From positions 62,001 to 126,000 of the IMG/VR virus record IMGVR_UViG_3300005965_000002: DNA of 64,000 nt, one strand, 5' to 3'. A program made the position numbers and the translations under genes. Within the stretch, counting starts at the first letter, position 1, and each line of letters begins with the position of its first letter. Under the pieces are notes generated by a model. That model saw nothing but the letters and a program-made list of their open reading frames with translations. It had not been told where the DNA came from and made no database searches. Shown here in pieces: positions 37,660-46,260 of this stretch.

Positions 37660-38317
37660 AGCTATTTTTCGATACGAGGAACCTTTAGAATATCTAAACG
37701 ACAGAGGAATAACAAAAGACGAAATAAGAAAATATTCTTTAGGTTACTTGAATATTGCCAATATAAAAGATGATGAAACCGAAGAATACAAAAGATTTAA
37801 AGAACAGACCTACAATTTTAGGGCCCTCGAAAAAAAGTTACTGATTCCCTTAAAAAATATTCTCGGTAAAGTGAATGGTGTCATTACCAGGGACTTGAAA
37901 GAAAAACGATACAAACAGTTTTTCTTGAAAGAAGCAAAGGATATAGGCACCTTTTTTGGATTGTATGAGGCTCTGCCGGAAATATGTAAGCAGAGGAAAG
38001 TCTTCGTTCACGAGGGAGCGATAGACGCGATTTCTTTTGCGAAAGTTTTTCCAAATAGTATTTCTGTACTAACTTCTCGAATTAACGAATGCCAATACGA
38101 GACATTGCGTTTTTTCGCTGATACGATTATCTTAGTTTTCGATGAGGATAGCCCGGGTAAGCACGGCGTAGATACAATGTATAAACTGTTTGGTAAGAAA
38201 CATCTTTATACAGTTTCGATTGGGTTTAACGATTCAAATGCATGCTTACAAAGAATGGGGCTCGAATCTTTTAAAAGATATATGAGGAACAAAGTCCCTC
38301 TTTTATTAAGAAATTAA
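37625..38317 (+). CDS. DnaG-type primase catalytic core (TOPRIM)
   Basis: YLNDRGIT, IPLKN..G, VHEGAIDAIS, FDEDSPG; no Zn-binding domain. Confidence 0.82.
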   Translation: MYLDPFVRRANEAIFRYEEPLEYLNDRGITKDEIRKYSLGYLNIANIKDDETEEYKRFKEQTYNFRALEKKLLIPLKNILGKVNGVITRDLKEKRYKQFFLKEAKDIGTFFGLYEALPEICKQRKVFVHEGAIDAISFAKVFPNSISVLTSRINECQYETLRFFADTIILVFDEDSPGKHGVDTMYKLFGKKHLYTVSIGFNDSNACLQRMGLESFKRYMRNKVPLLLRN

Positions 38318-38343
38318 TATTAATAGATAATAAGGAAACTTAC

Positions 38344-39699
38344 ATGTCGGGTACAAAGTATCGTCCATTAGATTTTAATAGCGTATTGGGATTGGATTCT
38401 ATCAAGCTTATTCTCCAAAGAATAATTGATAGAAAGGAATTCGATCCCGCTTACTTATTCAGCGGTGACTTTTCTACTGGAAAAACTACCCTGGGAAGAA
38501 TATTCGTTCGGAGTGTCTTCTGCACCAACCGTAAAAAGGATATGTCCCCATGTAATGAGTGCTCGTCTTGTAAAGACTTTTTATCAGAGCGCCACCCCGG
38601 TTATATTGAGATTGATGCAGCTAATAATGGATCAAAGGAAAAAATAAAAGAGATCAGAGAAAAGCTTTCGTACGAGTCTGTAACAAGCAGGATATTTATT
38701 TTATTTGATGAATGTCATAATATTAGTAAAGAAGGAAACGACGCATTACTTAAGGAGTTAGAGAAAGACAGGGATAACGTACATTTTATTTTTTGCACCA
38801 CAGAATTAGATAAGATGCCCCCGCCTTTAAGATCGAGATGCATACAATTTGAAATACACCAGCCTACTGAAGAAAATATACGTAAAAAGTTAGAGTTTAT
38901 TTGTAAGAAGGAAAATATTAATTATGAGCTTGAGGCTTTAAGATTAATAGTTCAGTCCACCGGCAGGCATTACCGTGACTCTGAGAATAAGCTTAGACAA
39001 GTATCTTTCTTAGGGGATATATCTCTTGAGAATACTAAAAAAGTAACGTGTGTGTACGAAGAAGAAATAGCAAGGATGTTAATTTATCTTTCAGATGATG
39101 TAAACATTGCTATGGAAATTTGTGATTACTTAGTAGAAAGAATGAATGTAAAAAATATCTATCAGACAATACTTAGACTCATAGTAGATGGTATTAAGCT
39201 GCTGCAGGGTGACATGGAAGTTGATAACTCAGCTATGTCGTATATGAATGATTTAGTACGGCAATACGGAGATTCGTTATATGAAATGCTAGATTTCATA
39301 TTATCAAAAGGAAGATTTACAGATTTAACATTTCTCCAATCCGACCTCTTATTAATGCACTATAAATTCCTCAGATGTCAATTCGATTCAAAGGCACTCG
39401 CGCCACAAGCCGCATCAGTATCAGCACCAAATAAAGATCAAGATCAAAAAATAGTATCAAGAAATAAGATGGAAAAATTAAAACAAGCAGGATCCTCTTG
39501 GGAACGTGCTGAGATGATGCGGAAATTACGTAATGAAAAAAATAAGACAAAGAAAGATGATAGAGTAGAAGAAGCCGTATCAAAGGCATGGGGTCCTGAA
39601 GTGGATTCTTTTGGGACAGAGTCGGTGTTTAAAAGGGAGATATCTCCTACTGACTTTATGAAAAAAATTGGAGGAGCTCTGGATGATAACAAGATCTAG
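38344..39699 (+). CDS. dnaX: Clamp loader gamma/tau subunit
   Basis: KYRP..F, G..STGKTT, PCNECSSC, EIDAA, DECH, LLKELE, SRC, G.YRD. Confidence 0.92.
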   Translation: MSGTKYRPLDFNSVLGLDSIKLILQRIIDRKEFDPAYLFSGDFSTGKTTLGRIFVRSVFCTNRKKDMSPCNECSSCKDFLSERHPGYIEIDAANNGSKEKIKEIREKLSYESVTSRIFILFDECHNISKEGNDALLKELEKDRDNVHFIFCTTELDKMPPPLRSRCIQFEIHQPTEENIRKKLEFICKKENINYELEALRLIVQSTGRHYRDSENKLRQVSFLGDISLENTKKVTCVYEEEIARMLIYLSDDVNIAMEICDYLVERMNVKNIYQTILRLIVDGIKLLQGDMEVDNSAMSYMNDLVRQYGDSLYEMLDFILSKGRFTDLTFLQSDLLLMHYKFLRCQFDSKALAPQAASVSAPNKDQDQKIVSRNKMEKLKQAGSSWERAEMMRKLRNEKNKTKKDDRVEEAVSKAWGPEVDSFGTESVFKREISPTDFMKKIGGALDDNKI

Positions 39700-40243
39700 T
39701 AGAGCCCCTAAGAATAAGGGTATGGATCTTTCACATAAGTACAAAGGACCCGGAAATTGGTTAATAATACGAATTAAAGAAGGTTGTGAATTATCTGAGA
39801 ATTTTGATTTAATAGAGAGAGAATTAAATCTAATCTTAGAAAGCGATACTGAATATTTTATCCCAGCGTATGTGGAAAAGGTTGAAGATCAGTATATACC
39901 TATAGTTCTTTTCGAGGGGTATGTTTTTGTGAGGTGTGCTCATTGCTCATGTGATTCATCAAGTATATCATGCCTCGATGGGCCATTAGTAGTTAATAAG
40001 AGTATACAGTACGCTAGAAATAGGGACATTAATAATTTTAAGGACAAGCTTAATAAGCAGATACAGGATATGATCCCTAAGAAAGGGCAACTAATAGTTC
40101 CTAAAGTCGGTACCTTTAAAAACTTGGAGGGTACCGTAATTTCTGTGAATCGTAAAAAAAGAACCGCTAAGGCGATATTTAAGCAGGCATCAAGAGTCGT
40201 ATCAGCCTATATAAACGTAATAAATCTTGAAATTATAGATTAG
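39668..40243 (+). CDS. NusG/RfaH-like transcription factor (NGN+KOW)
   Basis: YFIP..LFEGYVFV (NGN), KGQ.I....GTFKNLEGTVISVN (KOW); true start is likely 39683 or 39722. Confidence 0.78.
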   Translation: MEELWMITRSSRAPKNKGMDLSHKYKGPGNWLIIRIKEGCELSENFDLIERELNLILESDTEYFIPAYVEKVEDQYIPIVLFEGYVFVRCAHCSCDSSSISCLDGPLVVNKSIQYARNRDINNFKDKLNKQIQDMIPKKGQLIVPKVGTFKNLEGTVISVNRKKRTAKAIFKQASRVVSAYINVINLEIID

Positions 40244-40250
40244 GAAAGAC

Positions 40251-41198
40251 ATGAAAGCTTACTTTATTATTGATGGAAATAACTTGGCTCACCGGGCACA
40301 CAACAGCCATTTTGACTTGAAGAAGGCAAATGGGGATCCTTCCGGTATGGTTTACGGATTTATGAGAATATTGATCTCTTTAAAAAAGAAGTACAGAGCT
40401 TTCAAATTTATTGTTGTGTGGGATAATAGGCCGGATAAAAAGTATGAGCTAAAACCCGATTATAAAGCTGGTAGATCTAGACTACCCACAAAGGTATTTG
40501 ACCAAGTAGGTGAAATAAAGTTGATATTAAGTAGGTGCGGGGTGGATCAGTACGAAAAGAGAGGGGAAGAGGCAGATGATGTAATAGCAACTTTGGTGCG
40601 CAGGTTTAAAGACGAAGGTTCTAAGGTATACGTATATAGTAACGATAAGGATCTCCTACAGCTAGTTGAGGATGGAAAAGTTACAGTATACAGGCCTAAG
40701 GTAGGAAATACCCCGGAAAAGTTTTTTGATGAAGAAGCTGTGAAGGAGAAATTTAACGTATCTCCAAAAAAATTAGCTCTATATCGTAGCTTCGACGGGG
40801 ATTCAAGTGATAATATATCAGGAGTTCCAAGGGTACGTAGGAAACTAATAGCAAGTATTGTGTCTAAGCAATCATCTCTCGCGGATATATTTAATAGTAT
40901 TCACGATGATGCGGACATAAAGAAAATGTTAAGCGAAAAAGAATACGAAGCTATAAATAAGCATCTGGAAACCGCTGCAATAAATCTTAAGATAATTGAG
41001 CTGAATCAGTTTTTAGAAGATATAGATAAGACAGAGGCTCAGTATTCGGTGGAAGAGGTATCAAAGATACTTAGTGACTACGAAATTAAATCTATAGACG
41101 CAGAAAATGTCATAGATTTATTTAAGACATCTGTGAATATTAAATTCACTGAGCCTAAGCAAGCTATCAAGCTTGAAACCTATTCCCTCTTTGATTAA
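40251..41198 (+). CDS. 5'-3' exonuclease / flap endonuclease (PolA N-terminal-like)
   Basis: IDGNN..R, YKAGR, EADDVIATL, SNDKDLLQL, GDSSDNISGV. Confidence 0.93.
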   Translation: MKAYFIIDGNNLAHRAHNSHFDLKKANGDPSGMVYGFMRILISLKKKYRAFKFIVVWDNRPDKKYELKPDYKAGRSRLPTKVFDQVGEIKLILSRCGVDQYEKRGEEADDVIATLVRRFKDEGSKVYVYSNDKDLLQLVEDGKVTVYRPKVGNTPEKFFDEEAVKEKFNVSPKKLALYRSFDGDSSDNISGVPRVRRKLIASIVSKQSSLADIFNSIHDDADIKKMLSEKEYEAINKHLETAAINLKIIELNQFLEDIDKTEAQYSVEEVSKILSDYEIKSIDAENVIDLFKTSVNIKFTEPKQAIKLETYSLFD

Positions 41199-41211
41199 CA
41201 GGGGAGGACAT

Positions 41212-41838
41212 ATGAAGCATAGCGTATGTCGTAGTATGGATCCTTTTGAGATACAGAGCAGATATTCATCTGAAGATTATTCTTTCTTTAGCTTTAAAGA
41301 AAGCTCATTTTGTTTAGATGATTTTGAACCGTTTATTGATAAGCTGCCTCGTAGAGAAAAAGATCTAATTGAAATGTACTACAAAAGGCAAAAAAAGCAG
41401 AAAGAAATAGCGGAGTTTTTTAATGTGACCCAGGGCGCTGTTTCTCATAGGCTCTCTAGAGCAAGAAAAAGATTAAAATTTTTGAGGGATATGCCCAAAG
41501 CTACAGGTAATCTCGAAGAAGATTTATCCACACATTTTACTGATTTTGAGATTGATATCATAAAATATATGATAGAGACTACGTGTCAGTCTAAAACTGC
41601 TGATATACTCAACAAGAAGCACGGGCTAAAAGGTAAAGAGAAGATGACGCAAGTTAAAGTAAGACACAAGTTTGATAGAGCAATATCAAAGATAAATAAC
41701 CTTAAGAAGAAAAACCCGGAACTCAATGTATACTTTGAACTTACGAAGTATGTACAGAAAAATCCGTATATGCTGCACGAGGTAATTTTGCCGCATTTCG
41801 ATAGAGGCTATAAGGTAAACTATAAAGGTGTTTTCTAA
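41212..41838 (+). CDS. Sigma-70 region-4-like HTH protein (tandem HTH)
   Basis: LPRREKDLIEMYY..QKEIAEFFNVTQGAVSHRLSRA; a second similar HTH follows; GGAGG RBS before ATG 41212. Confidence 0.75.
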   Translation: MKHSVCRSMDPFEIQSRYSSEDYSFFSFKESSFCLDDFEPFIDKLPRREKDLIEMYYKRQKKQKEIAEFFNVTQGAVSHRLSRARKRLKFLRDMPKATGNLEEDLSTHFTDFEIDIIKYMIETTCQSKTADILNKKHGLKGKEKMTQVKVRHKFDRAISKINNLKKKNPELNVYFELTKYVQKNPYMLHEVILPHFDRGYKVNYKGVF

Positions 41839-42189
41839 TGAGTAGGGAAAGTGGGGGCGGTTCTTCAGTCACAGAGGTAACTGGTACGGCCCAGAGGACT
41901 CCTATGAAGAAGTTGTTAATAAATTTTATTCAAAAAACCATAGGCTACCAGACAGTGTTACCTATCCCGTTTACGCAAAAGTTAGAGTGAGTGATGATAA
42001 GAAGTTACTGAGTTGTGAGAGGAATTTTAAGATAGAAAATCAGATGAAAAAAACTCTACCTTTAGTGGTACAAAAGATCAGAAATAAATAAAGTTTAGAT
42101 ATAATTATCTATTAATACATATCCTCCATTAGAATTTGGGAGCTTTGCAGTAAAATTCTGAAAAAGCTAGTTCTAATGGAGGTTTTCTT

Positions 42190-42594
42190 TTGTATAAGAG
42201 TTTAGCTAGTGTAATTAGAAGAATCGCAGCTACTATCGATAACCCCGATTCTGCCTACCAAAACATACCCTACTACCAACCGAGTACAGATATATCTGAT
42301 ATAGGGACTAAAGAGGAGATACAGGACGGACCTCCTTCTCTTTATACAAAACACTTTGATAAGAAAAAGTTTTTGGATACAGTTTACCAGGGACCTAACC
42401 CCCCGGTAACTGATGTTCTTATAAAGGATAGAGAAAGGGCTAACATTAACCCTGGTGATCCTATACAGAATTTGAATGGAGACCCTACTAGGAATCCTAA
42501 TCAAAGTCCTAATGAGAAGTATTTTGAAGACGACTTTGATAGAGATACTATCGGTTTTAATCCGGGAGAAAAAAAAGACTATTATATACCTTAA
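42190..42594 (+). CDS. Hypothetical protein, first of head module
   Basis: GGAGG RBS, TTG start, late-type motif at 42102. Confidence 0.6.
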   Translation: MYKSLASVIRRIAATIDNPDSAYQNIPYYQPSTDISDIGTKEEIQDGPPSLYTKHFDKKKFLDTVYQGPNPPVTDVLIKDRERANINPGDPIQNLNGDPTRNPNQSPNEKYFEDDFDRDTIGFNPGEKKDYYIP

Positions 42595-42604
42595 GGTGGC
42601 GAAT

Positions 42605-42946
42605 ATGGAAAGCAAATTTGAAGAAGCTGTAAAAAGAATGAACAGTAAACTCGCTGGTGAGGAAGACTACAATAAGTCTGTAGTTAATAACCTATATCAG
42701 TGCCTGAGTGAAGGGTTGTCTCCAAAGAAGATGGCTTCGAAGGTAGCTGGTAAGGGAGCTATTAATAACAAAAGCGCTTCCATAAAAATTTCCAGTTTAG
42801 CGGATATGTATAACTTCGATAGGGTCGCTAATGACGTTCTGGTTCATAAGTCTAATAAAGATTTATGGGCTATTGAAGCCGATGATCAAGGTGAGGTGCG
42901 TATAACAAGACTTTTTGATAACAATGGAGAACCCCTTAGGGTTTAA
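42605..42946 (+). CDS. Hypothetical head-module protein
   Basis: Start at MESKF; LVHKSNKDLW; KxAS motifs. Confidence 0.6.
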   Translation: MESKFEEAVKRMNSKLAGEEDYNKSVVNNLYQCLSEGLSPKKMASKVAGKGAINNKSASIKISSLADMYNFDRVANDVLVHKSNKDLWAIEADDQGEVRITRLFDNNGEPLRV

Positions 42947-42961
42947 GCAGTGGAGGACTAA

Positions 42962-43603
42962 ATGTCTAAAAGAATTAGAATGACTGAGAAAGTAGCTGCT
43001 GGACCTAAGGCTAAGAAAGATATACAGGATAATGGTAGGCAGACTGATGGTTTTAGTTATGATAAGTCACATGCTAAAACTTTACAGAAAGTCCTCCATA
43101 ATTTAAATGTAGCCTTAGGTACTCAGATAGCAGCTATGAAGGATTTGGCTATGCTCAGGGGTTCTGATGTTACTCCTGATGGCAAACTGGGGGGACGTGG
43201 GTTTGTTATGGAGTTTAGAGAAATGAAGTCTCTTATTAACGAATCCATTAATAATCTTTCTGATATTACTGACTCAATAGGTGACGAGCTAACAAACCCT
43301 AAATGGGGGTTGAGTAAAAATCAGGTAAATAAGATAGAAAAAGAGAAAGATAAGGTCCAGGATGAGGTTGAGGAAGTACAGGAAGAGATTAAAGAAAAAT
43401 CAGAAGACGATGAGGATTTAAGCCTCGATGATCTTAGAACTAACCAACCTAAAGAATCTGAAGAAATAAGCCCAAAGGACGTGAAAGATTCTAGTTATGT
43501 AGAGTCCGTGAGAAAATATAAAGAGATGTTAGAAGATCCAAATAAGAAAGATAAAGTGGCTGCAGCATTAAGAAGATCAATCCAGGCAAACCTTCTACGA
43601 TAG
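42962..43603 (+). CDS. Hypothetical head-module protein
   Basis: PDGKLGGRGFV core and acidic tail. Confidence 0.6.
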   Translation: MSKRIRMTEKVAAGPKAKKDIQDNGRQTDGFSYDKSHAKTLQKVLHNLNVALGTQIAAMKDLAMLRGSDVTPDGKLGGRGFVMEFREMKSLINESINNLSDITDSIGDELTNPKWGLSKNQVNKIEKEKDKVQDEVEEVQEEIKEKSEDDEDLSLDDLRTNQPKESEEISPKDVKDSSYVESVRKYKEMLEDPNKKDKVAAALRRSIQANLLR

Positions 43604-43614
43604 GAGAATATAAA

Positions 43615-45537
43615 ATGTCTTCACTTGGCGATATTTCCGGTTTCATGAAAGACTCCGGGGCCAAAGTCCCTGATTTGGACTGGCTCCAATTAGATGTTAA
43701 TAATAAGGACAATATTCCTGTCCCTATGAATGTTGAAATTGTTCCTCAGCTTGAAGAAGCGTGGGGACACGATAAAGTTGCTGGTACTACTCATCTGATA
43801 GAAAATCAGTCAGCTACCTACAACCCTTCTTTAGAGAAGAAGGCATCCGATGAAGATGTTAAAAAGGTAGTTGATGCAGCTAAGATAGAAATCATGAGGG
43901 GATCACTTGGTAAGGAACTAACCGAGAAACTAGGTAGCCAGTTCCCTCAAGAAGTAATAGTAGCTGCTAAGGATGAGCTGAAAAAGGTAGCTTCAGAGCA
44001 GGGACTTTTAGGAAGTGTCTACATAGACATCAGTCCTTTTAATTCATGTGCTGAGGCATCTAGAGTTTTGGGTCATAATAAGATTCGAATGGCTAGATAT
44101 GTTGTGGGAGAGCCCAAGAGGCATGTTTGCTCTTCTCATGCTACCGGAGTCTGTAAGGAACTCAAGAAAAAAGTTATTAGCAGCATGGAATATGATGAGG
44201 CTGTTTTAAATGAGTATACTACTCATTTAAAAATAGCGGGACTATTGAGCGCCGATGAAAAAGTTGTTAGTAGGGAAGGCCTGCGTAACGCTATCATAGC
44301 GTCAAAAATGCCTGCTAATAAAAAACAGGAACCTCAGAAAAAACAAGATAGTTCTGAGACTCAAATTGATGCTAGCAAACTTGATGAAAGTTTTGCCAAG
44401 CATCTTGAAAAAGAAGCAGCTGATATCCGTAAGTCTTATGAGTCAGATCGTTTTGAAGAAGCAAGACCTATAGTCGCTTTTATACAGAATGAAATGCTTA
44501 AGGGTAAGATCGGGAATTCTTTAAAAGAGTCAATTCAGAAGAATTTCCCACCGGATACCATTGAGAAGTTTTCTGCTGAGATTAAAAAGATCGCGTCCTT
44601 GCAGGGATTGATGGGTAATGTTTACGTGGATCTTGCTTATTATCCAAATGCTGAAGAAGCCGTAAAGTGTATTAAAACAGCGTCTACTAACCCAGCTTAT
44701 CTGATTAACACCAGACCTACTAATGAATTCGATAATAAGCTGGAAGTAGTAGCTAAGGCTACAGGGTGTCAGATTCTACCTAGAAATGGTGGTATAGATA
44801 AGAAGGTAGCTCATAGCTATATTGATGATCTTGCCTTTTCTGATAAGATTTCATTTGAGCTTTCAAAGGATCTTAAAAATAAGGTTGAGGCCGGAGAAAA
44901 TGTGTTGGCTATAATTAGAAATGCTTTTTTGGCCACACAGCAGCACACCAAGGCTGTTAAGGAAGGTGGAGTGCAAGGGTACTTTGCCTCAATGAATACA
45001 AGTAAATATAAGGATACAGAAAAAATTAAGACAGCCGCATATAAATCTATGGAAGCCGGTATTGAGTATGATAAGGTTTCTGCAAAGATGGCTGAGCTTA
45101 TGCCTACTACAGAAGCACTAAGTGCTGCTCGTACAGTTCTCGGTAGCATGAAAGAGGTTAAAGCTGATATCCTTAATAAGTGCAGCACTGATAAGTACCC
45201 CCTGGCTAAAGATGCTTCCATAGTGCAGGGTAGTAAATGTGCAAGTTGCATCCTCTCTACTGGTAATTCTTGCCTAAAACAGGAAAGAAAATTTGCCGGT
45301 AAAGAGAACATGGATAAACCCGTTGTGAACATCGACCCAAAAACATCGAAAGTCATTTACGATGAAAACCCTGACGTAAAAAGGGCGGACATAAATTCTG
45401 AATTTGAGATGTACGGAGATTTCGGTTCCGGAATGAATATCACCCTGAATGAAATGCGTGATCAGAAAAAAGAAGCAGGACTTGATATTGAAAACGGGTA
45501 CAACATGAATGGCCTGGATGCTGCCTTGTCCGACTAA
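43615..45537 (+). CDS. Putative head protein with internal duplication
   Basis: KKVASEQGLLGSVYID and KKIASLQGLMGNVYVD repeats; Cys clusters. Confidence 0.6.
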   Translation: MSSLGDISGFMKDSGAKVPDLDWLQLDVNNKDNIPVPMNVEIVPQLEEAWGHDKVAGTTHLIENQSATYNPSLEKKASDEDVKKVVDAAKIEIMRGSLGKELTEKLGSQFPQEVIVAAKDELKKVASEQGLLGSVYIDISPFNSCAEASRVLGHNKIRMARYVVGEPKRHVCSSHATGVCKELKKKVISSMEYDEAVLNEYTTHLKIAGLLSADEKVVSREGLRNAIIASKMPANKKQEPQKKQDSSETQIDASKLDESFAKHLEKEAADIRKSYESDRFEEARPIVAFIQNEMLKGKIGNSLKESIQKNFPPDTIEKFSAEIKKIASLQGLMGNVYVDLAYYPNAEEAVKCIKTASTNPAYLINTRPTNEFDNKLEVVAKATGCQILPRNGGIDKKVAHSYIDDLAFSDKISFELSKDLKNKVEAGENVLAIIRNAFLATQQHTKAVKEGGVQGYFASMNTSKYKDTEKIKTAAYKSMEAGIEYDKVSAKMAELMPTTEALSAARTVLGSMKEVKADILNKCSTDKYPLAKDASIVQGSKCASCILSTGNSCLKQERKFAGKENMDKPVVNIDPKTSKVIYDENPDVKRADINSEFEMYGDFGSGMNITLNEMRDQKKEAGLDIENGYNMNGLDAALSD

Positions 45538-45573
45538 GCAGCATTCAGCGTTTATATAACATAGGAGACATAT

Positions 45574-46260
45574 ATGCCAGATGATTCAATGGATCTCAAC
45601 TTAGACGAGATTCTTGAAACTGCTGAATTTGAGGATGAAAAAAATCCTATTGATATAGTAGAGAGAGAAAAGGGCGAAACAGAAGATATTAAGGATCTTG
45701 AATCCGAGATAGGTAAGGTACAAGAAAGCCATGATAAGGGTGAAGAGAGAGAATTAATAAACGAGCCCCAGGATCTTTTAGCTATTAATGTAAAAGGGCA
45801 CAGCCAGCTACAGCAGCTTATAGAAGACCCTTTAGAGAATGATGATCTATATCAGGCAATAGATAATGACGACCCCGCTCCGGCATTACTAAGGAGCGCC
45901 ATGAAGGAGTATGCAGAAGAGATAGCATACTTAAAGGCATGGAGGAAACATAATTATAAGTTAGACGCCGATATGACATCCGAGATATCTGATAAAAGGA
46001 TGAAAGCATTATTTAATCTTGTAAAGGCCGTACTTGAAAGAGAAAAGATAGCCAGTAAGCAAAGTAAAGGTAAGATAGATTTTCACGGAGAAAATTTTGC
46101 AAAGGTTTTTCAGTTTTTTCTCCAAGAGGTTCAGGAGACTTTTAAGACTGTAAATATACCAGAGCAGTATCAAAAGATCTTCTTTCCGCAGTTAGCAAAA
46201 CGACTGGACGGTTTTGAGAAAAAGGCGGAGAGGATATACTACGGGAAATCTCCTAGATGA
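45574..46260 (+). CDS. Putative terminase small subunit
   Basis: Helical protein overlapping the start of terL; positional inference only. Confidence 0.4.
   Translation: MPDDSMDLNLDEILETAEFEDEKNPIDIVEREKGETEDIKDLESEIGKVQESHDKGEERELINEPQDLLAINVKGHSQLQQLIEDPLENDDLYQAIDNDDPAPALLRSAMKEYAEEIAYLKAWRKHNYKLDADMTSEISDKRMKALFNLVKAVLEREKIASKQSKGKIDFHGENFAKVFQFFLQEVQETFKTVNIPEQYQKIFFPQLAKRLDGFEKKAERIYYGKSPR

Noticed and set aside
39655-39700. Programmed dnaX frameshift at the A7 run fusing DnaX to the NusG-like ORF
   Set aside because: The downstream ORF is in the +1 frame rather than -1, it has its own plausible starts, and A-runs are common here.
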